From the NCBI GenBank assembly GCA_963713725.1, contig CAVQMZ010000015.1, positions 269,027-333,026 on the forward strand: a stretch of 64,000 nucleotides of DNA, written 5' to 3'. The stretch's first letter is position 1. Every line of letters starts with the position of its first letter. A program made the translations under genes and the position numbers. Positions 54,381 to 63,171 of the stretch are shown piece by piece. This DNA is from an uncultured Bacteroidota bacterium. GTDB taxonomy: Bacteria > Bacteroidota > Bacteroidia > Bacteroidales > GCA-2748055. The notes under the pieces are model-generated. The model saw nothing but the letters and a program-made list of their open reading frames with translations. It searched no databases and was not told the origin of the DNA.

Positions 54381-55982
54381 TTAGTCATATTTGACCATGC
54401 CCTTCCGGGTTTCTTCCCTCATTTCTTCCAAAGAGATATCATCTCCGTACTGCTCCTGAAGTTTTTTTAGTTCTTCCTTCAAACTGGCGATTAAGTCTGC
54501 ATGGCCTGGGTCCATATAAAGGTTGTTAAGTTCATCGGGATCTTCCTCCAGATCATAGAGCTCCCACACATCGATATCATAATAGAAGTGGATCAGTTTG
54601 TAGCGATTGGTCCGGATTCCATAGTGGGGCTGGACATTGTGCCACTTGGGATATTCGTAATAGTGATAATAGATGGCATCCCGCCAAGGTTCTTTACCTG
54701 CACCATCCAGGAGCCCGGCAAAACTCTCACCCTGCATTTCTTCGGGTATTTCCACTCCGGCCATATCAAGCAGGGTGGGCGCAAAATCCACATTGAGGGT
54801 CATCTCCTCAATTATTTGTCCCGCTTCTATGCTGCCTGGATATCTGATCAAAAAGGGCATGCGCAGTGACTCTTCATACATGAAGCGTTTGTCGTACCAG
54901 CCATGGTCTCCCAGGTAGAAACCCTGGTCGGCTGTATAGATTACAATGGTGTTTTCAGCCAGTCCGCTTTCGTCCAGGTAGGCCAGGAGACGCCCGACAT
55001 TATCGTCCACCGAACGTACGCAGGCCAGGTAATCCTTAATGTATTTCTGATATTTCCATTTTTTCAGGGCCATTCCGGTGAGGGTGTCCGACGGGGATAC
55101 AAATTCGCCTTTGTCTCCGGTTCGCTCCCACTTATGCAATTCCTGGCCTTCCAGTCCGGGTGGAGGTGTCATTTTCATGTCCTTTCGGGTCAGGTGATTT
55201 TCAATGGTCATCATGCTTGCACCGGCGGTCAGTTCCCTGCCGGCATAATCGTCATTGAAGGTTTCGGGGTAGGGCATTTCGATGCCTTCAAAAAGATCCA
55301 GGTAGATGCTGTCGGGATACCAGGGACGGTGAGGTGCTTTAAATTGATAGAGGAGGCAGAAAGGCTTTGATCTGTCGCGTTTGTTCTTCAGCCAATCCAG
55401 GGCAAAATCACCCGCAAAATTTGTGGCATAACCGCTTTCGGCTACTTCCTGTCCGTTGTCGTTGTATGTGGGATTCCAGTATGAACCCTGTTCTCCATTG
55501 AGAATGTGATATTTATAATAGTCAAAGCCCGTGGGTTCGCTCCACAGGTGCCACTTGCCCACTACCGCGGTTGTATATCCTGCCTCTTTCAAAAGTTTTG
55601 GGAAGGTGGTCTGGCTACCATCAAAGGGATCTCCACCTTCATTCTTATAAAAGCCATTCCTGTGAGAGTATTTCCCGGTGAGAATGGAAGCACGACTGGG
55701 TCCGCAAATGCTGTTGGTGCAAAAGGTATTTGTGAACAGGGCACCCTCACTGGCCAATCTATCGATATTGGGCGTGGGGGCCACCTCTTTATAAATTCCC
55801 CCGTAAGCACTTATGGCGTGGGAGGCGTGGTCGTCCGACATAATATAGATGATATTTGGCGTAGCAATCTCAGTGGGCCGGTTACAAACCAGTAATACCA
55901 GAGCTAAAGCACTTGTCAGAATCAGGGGAAAGGCTCTTTTTTTTATCATATGCTTATATTTTGTTTTAATGATGCGGGTCAT
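54381..55982 (-). CDS. Sulfatase (S1 family)
   Basis: PNIIYIMSDDHASHAISAYGG, the CxPSR motif in NSICGPSRASILTGKYSHRNG, and YTADQG. The start may be MIKKRAF at 55949. Confidence 0.9.
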   Translation of the reverse strand: MTRIIKTKYKHMIKKRAFPLILTSALALVLLVCNRPTEIATPNIIYIMSDDHASHAISAYGGIYKEVAPTPNIDRLASEGALFTNTFCTNSICGPSRASILTGKYSHRNGFYKNEGGDPFDGSQTTFPKLLKEAGYTTAVVGKWHLWSEPTGFDYYKYHILNGEQGSYWNPTYNDNGQEVAESGYATNFAGDFALDWLKNKRDRSKPFCLLYQFKAPHRPWYPDSIYLDLFEGIEMPYPETFNDDYAGRELTAGASMMTIENHLTRKDMKMTPPPGLEGQELHKWERTGDKGEFVSPSDTLTGMALKKWKYQKYIKDYLACVRSVDDNVGRLLAYLDESGLAENTIVIYTADQGFYLGDHGWYDKRFMYEESLRMPFLIRYPGSIEAGQIIEEMTLNVDFAPTLLDMAGVEIPEEMQGESFAGLLDGAGKEPWRDAIYYHYYEYPKWHNVQPHYGIRTNRYKLIHFYYDIDVWELYDLEEDPDELNNLYMDPGHADLIASLKEELKKLQEQYGDDISLEEMREETRKGMVKYD

Positions 55983-56131
55983 AGCAGCTCTTGGCTGATT
56001 CCAGCTTCCAGATCACGCAATTCTGCCTCCTTGTGATAGCCAAAGGCAAGACCCCGTTTGGGATTTTTGTGATGACCGAAGGAAAGGAGTGTGATTCCAA
56101 GGGTAAGCATTTTCATAAAGGATTTCTTCAT
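55979..56131 (-). CDS. Possible 50-aa small ORF between the cytochrome and sulfatase genes
   Basis: MKKSFMKMLTLGITLLSFGHHKNPKRGLAFGYHKEAELRDLEAGISQELL. Its TGA overlaps the ATG at 55982 (ATGA). It is below the ORF-track length cutoff, and I have no homology evidence. Confidence 0.25.
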   Translation of the reverse strand: MKKSFMKMLTLGITLLSFGHHKNPKRGLAFGYHKEAELRDLEAGISQELL

Positions 56132-56156
56132 GAAGGTACCGGATCTTAAAGATTAA

Positions 56157-57662
56157 CTAGTAGAGGTAGCGGTGACAATCCGCGCAGGCCATTTCTTTCC
56201 ATGCTTCATCTATATCCACCGGATGTCTGAACTCAAGGCTCTGATCAATTGTGGTTGACTCATAGGATTCAGCGCTTCCCTGGGCAAGTATGGTATGGCA
56301 CAAATTACAGTCCCTGGATATAACTCTGCCGTCTTCGCTTTCATGGCTTCCATTGTGGCATCTGAAGCATCCGTTAAATTCCATATGACCAATATGACTG
56401 GGATAGGCATCCCAGCTTGCCTTCATTTCCGGGAAAATATTTTTGTTATAACCTGCCAGCAGGCCCTCAATGGCCTGTTCAATTACCTGGGGTTTTTCAG
56501 CAGCAAGATCGGGATAGCCGGTCTCGTAAAAATCCCTTACGCCTGCCCTTATCTCCATGCTCCCGGAATCACGGGTGGTGAATGTGCTGTTTAATAACTG
56601 CATCGCCAGTGTTTTTATTTCCGGTAATTCCTGTGGAATTTTCCCGGAAGAGATCAGTTCATCCACAAACTTCTGGGGCGGTAGAAATTGGTGGGAAGGC
56701 CGGTTGTGGCAATCCAGGCAATCCATCTCCCTCATTTCCATCGTATCGAGTGCCTCCTGGTCCAGGGTTTCATAGATATCCTGATATATAACGGTATCCC
56801 CGGAAGCAATATCAATAAATCTTACCCAGGGCAGGAATTCCCTCTTCCTGGTGGAGGTGATATACTCAACCTTGACATTGGGATTAATATGCCAGTGCAC
56901 ACCTTCAACCAGACCGTGGGCAGAGTTTTCGGATCCAATCATCATTTTTAGCTGGATATTCCATTCAGTATTTGCTGAATCAGCAAGGTAATTCCTTTCA
57001 TTCCGAAGGTTATAGGAATAAAACTTTTCAGGCCAGTGACACTCTTCACAGGTTTCACGTGCAGGTCTCAGATTGTGAATGGGCGTTTCAATGGGAGTGG
57101 GGAATTTGTTGAACAGAACGGAGTATACCTGGTAGAGTCCTGACATCTTGCTCTTCACATACCATCCTGCACCATCACCCACATGGCATTCCACACAGGT
57201 TACCCTGGAATGGGGAGACTCCTGGTAAGCCACATATTCCGGCTCCATCACATTGTGACAGAGTGTGCCACAAAATTCAATGGTTTCGGTGTAGTGGAAG
57301 GCCTTATAGCTTCCGATGGCAGTTAGAAGCAGGAAGAGAATGGACCCCCCGATAAACATGCCCACTGCATTCCAGTGCCTTTGATTGCTCAGGTCGAGTA
57401 CTACACTTGATACGGCGCTTCCTTCTCCCTCTCTCTTTATTCTCTTTGAGCGCCTCGACATTCCCACGGGAATTAAAATAAGCCCGATAATCAGAAATAC
57501 GGGCAGCACGATGTAGACAAAAAGACCAATGTAAGACCCCGATTCCCCATGCTCAAAGAAAACCATGGCGATCATGAAGAAGAAAATTATTAAGGCTGAC
57601 ACGCTTGAAAGGATTGTCCCAAAAAGGGAAATGGGATTGTAATAAGTCCTCGGGAGTTTCAT
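56157..57662 (-). CDS. Membrane-anchored multiheme cytochrome c (NapC/NirT/NrfH-like N-terminus)
   Basis: 501 aa with three N-terminal TM segments. Six CxxCH motifs are present (CVECH, CEECH, CLDCH, CFRCH, CNLCH, CADCH), plus one CxxxCH (CGTLCH). Confidence 0.85.
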   Translation of the reverse strand: MKLPRTYYNPISLFGTILSSVSALIIFFFMIAMVFFEHGESGSYIGLFVYIVLPVFLIIGLILIPVGMSRRSKRIKREGEGSAVSSVVLDLSNQRHWNAVGMFIGGSILFLLLTAIGSYKAFHYTETIEFCGTLCHNVMEPEYVAYQESPHSRVTCVECHVGDGAGWYVKSKMSGLYQVYSVLFNKFPTPIETPIHNLRPARETCEECHWPEKFYSYNLRNERNYLADSANTEWNIQLKMMIGSENSAHGLVEGVHWHINPNVKVEYITSTRKREFLPWVRFIDIASGDTVIYQDIYETLDQEALDTMEMREMDCLDCHNRPSHQFLPPQKFVDELISSGKIPQELPEIKTLAMQLLNSTFTTRDSGSMEIRAGVRDFYETGYPDLAAEKPQVIEQAIEGLLAGYNKNIFPEMKASWDAYPSHIGHMEFNGCFRCHNGSHESEDGRVISRDCNLCHTILAQGSAESYESTTIDQSLEFRHPVDIDEAWKEMACADCHRYLY

Positions 57663-57762
57663 CGGATTAGAGTTTGTATTTTACGGTTGAAATATACGGT
57701 TATGTGTGCTAATTTCCTTAAGAGCCTGAGTATACAGAATAAATCTAATTAACTTGGTGCCT

Positions 57763-59898
57763 ATGAAAACAAACTTCCTTTTCATCCTGTCCTTTCTGAT
57801 GTTTCCTGCTGTTCTATCCGGACAAAGTGATTTTGATCTTGTAAAGCAGCGTGTTGTTTCTGAAATTCTGGAGTCTTCCGCCTCCGTTGAAACTGTGACA
57901 AGGCTTTTGGAGACCATTCAGGAGGATGGTAGCTGGACCGGAATAAATTATGAAGATGTTTCCAATACAGGCTTTGAGAATCGCTTCCACCTGGAGAATA
58001 TGTTTGAGATGAGCCTGGCTTTTAGTAAGGAAGGATCAGTGTTTTATCAAAGTGAGCACCTGGCGGAACAGGTGAACAGGGCCCTTGAATTCTGGTGTGA
58101 AAATGATTTCATCTGTGAAAACTGGTGGTGGAATCAGATCGGAACACCCACGGGTCTTGTGGAGGTTTTACTGCTTATGGATGAGCATATTGAAGAAGCG
58201 CTTAAAGCCAGGGCCATCACAATTATCGGGCGGGCAAACCTAAATGCTTCCGGGGCCCGGCAGGGGGGTGACCGTATAAAGGTTGGTGGGATTGCTGCAA
58301 AAAGAGGCCTGGTTGCGGGTGATGAGGATCAGTTCGGAGAGATTATGAAGGTGCTAAACCAGGAGATAAAATTTGCCACCGGCGATCGCGGCATGCAGCA
58401 GGACTATAGTTTTCATCACCGCATAGACAGGGTGAACACCACCTATTCCTATGGTGGAAGCTATGCCGGTGTATTTGCCGAATGGCTTGCCTATGTGGCT
58501 GGAACGGAATATGCTTTCACAAGCGATAAGATTGAGCTCTTCACCGATTACTATCTGGATGGAATCTGTAAACAGGCTGTCTATGGTATTTACCTGGAGA
58601 AGGGAGCCATGAACCGGGGCATCTCCCGGAAGGAAAGCTTTGGCCCCCTGACCACAGGTACGCCGGAAAATATAATTAAGACTTCCAATTACAGGCAGGA
58701 TGAGCTAGAAGAGATCATCCGGCTGCGAAAGGGTGAGCTTGAACCGAAAGCGGCATTCTCAAGGTTTTACTGGCAAAGTGAGCATTTTGTGTGTCAACGT
58801 CCCGATTTCTTTACCACGGTAAGAATGTATTCGGTAAGAAATATGAATATGGAAGCACCCTATAATTCGGAAGGTCTTTTAAATCATCACAGGGGAGACG
58901 GCGCGAATCATCTTTCCATCAGGGGAGACGAATACCTGAATATCTGGCCGGTTTATGACTGGCAGAAAATACCAGGAACTACCGCAATGCAAAAACCCCG
59001 GCTACCTTCGCCCTCGGAGATCCAGAAACCCGGATTGACCGCGTTTGTGGGGGCTGTAACAGATGGATATTTTGGGGCTGTGGGCTTTGATTTCATCAGT
59101 CCCCATGACCTTATCAAGGCCAGGAAGTCCTGGTTTTTTTTTGATGATGTCTATGTATGCCTGGGAGCGGGCATTGAATCGGAGTCCTATTCCTATCCCC
59201 TGGTAACGACTTTGGACCAGGCCCTTTTAAAAGGAGATGTCATGGTGGACAGGGGACAGGGCATGGAAGTCCTGGATGAAGGCGTTCATGAAATTCAGAA
59301 TGCAAACTGGGTATTTCACCGGGGTACAGGCTACATCTTCCCGGAGCCTGTGGAAATCAAGCTTTCAAACCGGAGGGAGAGTGGAAGCTGGACCCGGATT
59401 ACAAAACAATCCAATGTTTCAGAAGAAACCGTTCATGAGGAAGTTTTTAAGCTGTGGATCGATCACGGAGTAAGGCCCCAGGGAAGGAGGGGAGGTTTGG
59501 TGAATACACCCATGCTGGCCAAAGATGTCAGATATCAGTATTTGGTTATTCCATCAACAGAAGTCCACAGGATGAATGTTGACCTGGGAATAAAGATTGT
59601 TGTCAATAACCGGCTGGTTCAGGCCGTAAAATGTGAAAAGCCAGGACTGGCACAGGCCATTTTCTACCAGGCCGGCGAGGTGATCTTTTCTGAAGACCTG
59701 GTTCTATCTGTGGAAAGTCCGGCCGCAGTCATCCTTAAGATAAGCGGGGGAGTTGTGAAAGAGATATCCGCAGCTGATCCTTCCCGTAAATTAAGCCAAC
59801 TGCACCTGAAAATTTCCGACAAAAGCGGAGTAAATGATCGGGTAATTGAGCTTCCTTCCGGCTTTTTTGCCGGGCAGAGTGTAAGTGTTGAATTATAA
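57763..59898 (+). CDS. Polysaccharide lyase family 8-like (chondroitin AC / hyaluronate / xanthan lyase family)
   Basis: Signal peptide, ENWWWNQIGTPTGL, NLNASGARQGGDRIKVGG, and the overall ~710-aa size are typical of PL8. Confidence 0.7.
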   Translation: MKTNFLFILSFLMFPAVLSGQSDFDLVKQRVVSEILESSASVETVTRLLETIQEDGSWTGINYEDVSNTGFENRFHLENMFEMSLAFSKEGSVFYQSEHLAEQVNRALEFWCENDFICENWWWNQIGTPTGLVEVLLLMDEHIEEALKARAITIIGRANLNASGARQGGDRIKVGGIAAKRGLVAGDEDQFGEIMKVLNQEIKFATGDRGMQQDYSFHHRIDRVNTTYSYGGSYAGVFAEWLAYVAGTEYAFTSDKIELFTDYYLDGICKQAVYGIYLEKGAMNRGISRKESFGPLTTGTPENIIKTSNYRQDELEEIIRLRKGELEPKAAFSRFYWQSEHFVCQRPDFFTTVRMYSVRNMNMEAPYNSEGLLNHHRGDGANHLSIRGDEYLNIWPVYDWQKIPGTTAMQKPRLPSPSEIQKPGLTAFVGAVTDGYFGAVGFDFISPHDLIKARKSWFFFDDVYVCLGAGIESESYSYPLVTTLDQALLKGDVMVDRGQGMEVLDEGVHEIQNANWVFHRGTGYIFPEPVEIKLSNRRESGSWTRITKQSNVSEETVHEEVFKLWIDHGVRPQGRRGGLVNTPMLAKDVRYQYLVIPSTEVHRMNVDLGIKIVVNNRLVQAVKCEKPGLAQAIFYQAGEVIFSEDLVLSVESPAAVILKISGGVVKEISAADPSRKLSQLHLKISDKSGVNDRVIELPSGFFAGQSVSVEL

Positions 59899-60153
59899 GT
59901 AAGCAAGACCTTTGATATAACGCTGAATTAAGTAGCTTCCATTGACCGTGGACAGGGCCGGACCGCTGTAGTCATAAGTGGGAAAATTTGCAGCGGCTGG
60001 ACCTTTAAAAGGATAGAGGATCACATACATTTGACGAATTGATTATTTATTGTTATTATTACACGTGTGAATTATGATACTAACTGATTTGAATAACAAA
60101 AACTATTTTCGCAATTTTGGCTGTGCAGATCCCCTTTGGTTTAAAAGATAATC

Positions 60154-60982
60154 ATGAGCTCGGAAATTATTTATCTGGATCGTCTCTGCATTCATACCAT
60201 TACCACTAAACCCCTTGCATTTGAGGAGGCTTGTTCGAAATATGCTAACCTGGGTGTGAAGGGAATCTCCATCTGGAGGGATGCAGTTGCCGGACTGGAC
60301 CACAAAAGCGTAAGGGAAATTCTCCGGAAAAATGACCTGAGTCCGGTTTCCTATGTGAGGGGAGGTTTTTTCCCTTCCCTGGAAGCAGATAAGCGTAAGG
60401 CCGCCATTAAGGATAACATTTTGATGCTGGAGGAAGCTGCAGACATGGAAATCCCCATGCTGGTCCTGGTTTGTGGCGCAGAACCCCGGCAATCGCTGAA
60501 AGAATCCAGGAATCAGATCAGGGCAGGAATTGAGCTCATTCTTCCGGAGGCAAAAAAACTGGGAGTTAAACTTGCCATCGAACCCCTGCACCCCATGTAT
60601 GCGGATACCCGTTCAGCCATTACTTCTTTGGAGCAGGCCAATGACATGGCAGAGTATTTTAATGACGATTTCCTTGGGATCGCCGTGGATGTCTATCATC
60701 TCTGGTTTGACAATGAGCTGGAAAAGCAGATTAAAAGATGCGGATCCATGGGGAATCTTTTTGCCTATCACATCTGCGACTGGAATGTTCCGACTGAGGA
60801 TATGTTGCTGGACCGTGGCTTAATGGGAGAGGGATGTATTCCTTTAAAAGAGATCAGGGGATGGGTTGAAGATGCAGGATTTACCGGCTTTAATGAGGTG
60901 GAGATATTTCTCCACTAAATTTTGGGAGGAAGACCAGGACCTTTTCCTGGAAAAGATAAAAAATGCATATTTACAAACATAG
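60154..60982 (+). pseudogene. Sugar phosphate isomerase/epimerase (xylose isomerase-like TIM barrel) with a C-terminal frameshift near 60908
   Basis: ORF 60154-60918 ends ...NEVEIFLH*. The +1 frame continues STKFWEEDQDLFLEKIKNAYLQT* to 60982, the usual C-terminus of this family. The protein may still be functional. Confidence 0.65.
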
Positions 60983-60997
60983 CTAAAGCATTAAAAC

Positions 60998-62143
60998 ATG
61001 AAGATACACAGGGTAGGAATAATTATGAATGGTGTCACCGGCAGGATGGGTAAGAACCAGCACCTCCTGAGGTCCATTGTGGAGATCATAAAACAGGGTG
61101 GCGTAAAAATTTCGGACAACGAATACATCATGCCAGATCCCATACTGGTGGGAAGAAATGAGGCCAAACTGAAGGAACTCTCGGAACTCTCTGGCGTGGA
61201 AAAATATACCACTGACCTGGAAAGTATAATAGCAGACCCTGCCTATGAAATTTACTTTGATGCCCAGGTTACCGGCAGAAGGGCAGAAGCGGTCAAACTT
61301 GCTGCATCAAATGGAAAGCATGTTTATTGTGAAAAACCCACTGCTTCTGATTTTCAAACCGCCTATGATCTTTATGTTTTTTGCGAAAAGGCCGGGGTGA
61401 AACATGGTGTGGTCCAGGATAAACTATGGCTGCCGGGCATGTTGAAATTAAAACGTTTGATTCAAAAGGGCTTTTTTGGCCGTATACTTTCGGTCCGCGG
61501 CGAGTTCGGATACTGGGTATTTGAGGGAGATACGGTTCCGGCCCAACGACCTTCCTGGAATTACCGCAAGGAAGATGATGGTGGAATTATTGTGGATATG
61601 TTGTGTCACTGGCGCTATGTGCTGGATAATATCTTCGGGAAAGTTCAGGCAGTATCCTGCCTGGGTGCTACCCACATCAAAGAGAGGGTGGATGAGCAGG
61701 GCAAAACTTACAAGTGTACCGCCGATGATGCTGCCTATGCAAGTTTTCAGCTTGAGAATGAAGTGGTAGCCCATTTTAATTCTTCCTGGTGTGTAAGGGT
61801 AAGGCGGGATGACCTGCTGACCATACAGGTGGACGGGACACTGGGTTCGGCCGTGGCCGGATTGCGTGAGTGCTACACCCAGCATTATGGTAATACACCC
61901 AAACCGGTCTGGAATCCCGATATCGAGCAGTCCATTCCTTTCTTTGAAGGCTGGTCAAAGGTCCCCGAACAGGAGGTGTTTGAAAATGCCTTCAAGGTTC
62001 AGTGGGAGCTTTTCCTGAAGCATGTGGTGAAGGATGAGCCCTTCCCCTGGGATTTGAAGGAGGGGGCCAAGGGAGTTCAGCTGGCAGAAAAAGGCCTTGA
62101 AAGCTGGGATAAGAAGGCATGGGTAGATTTGCCTGAAATTTAA
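60998..62143 (+). CDS. Gfo/Idh/MocA family oxidoreductase
   Basis: 381 aa with an N-terminal Rossmann fold (VGIIMNGVTGRMG) and an EKP motif (YCEKPTA). Confidence 0.8.
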   Translation: MKIHRVGIIMNGVTGRMGKNQHLLRSIVEIIKQGGVKISDNEYIMPDPILVGRNEAKLKELSELSGVEKYTTDLESIIADPAYEIYFDAQVTGRRAEAVKLAASNGKHVYCEKPTASDFQTAYDLYVFCEKAGVKHGVVQDKLWLPGMLKLKRLIQKGFFGRILSVRGEFGYWVFEGDTVPAQRPSWNYRKEDDGGIIVDMLCHWRYVLDNIFGKVQAVSCLGATHIKERVDEQGKTYKCTADDAAYASFQLENEVVAHFNSSWCVRVRRDDLLTIQVDGTLGSAVAGLRECYTQHYGNTPKPVWNPDIEQSIPFFEGWSKVPEQEVFENAFKVQWELFLKHVVKDEPFPWDLKEGAKGVQLAEKGLESWDKKAWVDLPEI

Positions 62144-62151
62144 AAACAGCT

Positions 62152-62922
62152 ATGAAAAGAACCGCATTAATCACAGGAGGATCAAGGGGCATAGGCCTGG
62201 GCATAGCCCTTGAACTGGCTGGTGAGGGAATCGATCTGGCCATTAACGGGGTACGCCCGGAAGAGCAGGTCGCCGAAGTCCTGGATCAGCTCAGGTCCCA
62301 TGGAATCCAGGTCATCTATTGCCAGGGTGATATCAGCGAGAAAGGACAGCGTGAATCCATCCTGGAGAAGATTCAGAAGGAGTGGGGGCAACTCAATTTC
62401 CTTGTCAATAACGCAGGTGTTGCTCCAAAGCAGCGGAACGACATTCTTGAAGCCAGTGAAGAGAGCTTTGAATATGTGATGAAAACCAACCTGCAGGGAC
62501 CCTACTTTCTGAGCCAGGCTGTGGCCAACTGGCTGGTGGCACAGAAAGGAGCGGATCCTGAGTTCTTCGGGTCTATTATCAATATCACTTCCATTTCAGC
62601 CACCGTGGCTTCTGTGAACAGGGGAGAGTACAGTGTAAGCAAAGCAGGGATGGCCATGATGTCAAGGCTTTTTGCTGTTCGCCTGGGCGAATATGGTATT
62701 CCGGTTTATGAAGTGCGGCCCGGCGTGATTCAGACAGACATGACTGCTGGAGTCAAAGCTAAATATGATAAACTATTTGCAGAGGGCCTGAGCGTTCAGC
62801 CCAGGTGGGGCTTACCTTCTGATGTGGGGAAAGTTGTTCTCGCCCTGGCAAAGGGCCTCTTACCCTACTCCACAGGCGAAGTAATAATGGCCGATGGCGG
62901 CCTCACCATACCAAGACTTTAG
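62152..62922 (+). CDS. Short-chain dehydrogenase/reductase (SDR)
   Basis: TGGSRGIG, NNAG, S...YSVSK catalytic motif. Confidence 0.9.
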   Translation: MKRTALITGGSRGIGLGIALELAGEGIDLAINGVRPEEQVAEVLDQLRSHGIQVIYCQGDISEKGQRESILEKIQKEWGQLNFLVNNAGVAPKQRNDILEASEESFEYVMKTNLQGPYFLSQAVANWLVAQKGADPEFFGSIINITSISATVASVNRGEYSVSKAGMAMMSRLFAVRLGEYGIPVYEVRPGVIQTDMTAGVKAKYDKLFAEGLSVQPRWGLPSDVGKVVLALAKGLLPYSTGEVIMADGGLTIPRL

Positions 62923-62943
62923 ATTTTTAAAAGATAAACGATA

Positions 62944-63171
62944 ATGAAAAGAGACCCCAGATATTGGAGGATATGTGTGATCCTCGTAGTCCTGCTGATT
63001 ATTCTGGCCTATACGCCCTTGATGCTCCCCAATGGCATTTATAAACCCATGCTTTTGGGATTGCCCTATACCCTATGGACCAGCATCCTGATAACCATGG
63101 CACTTGTGGTATTAACTTACATAGGCTCAAAAGTTCATCCTGGCAGCGATGAAGAGGAGGGTGAATTATGA
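62944..63171 (+). CDS. Small two-TM membrane protein (DUF3311-like symporter accessory subunit)
   Basis: 75 aa with two hydrophobic helices. It overlaps the symporter start (ATGA). Confidence 0.5.
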   Translation: MKRDPRYWRICVILVVLLIILAYTPLMLPNGIYKPMLLGLPYTLWTSILITMALVVLTYIGSKVHPGSDEEEGEL

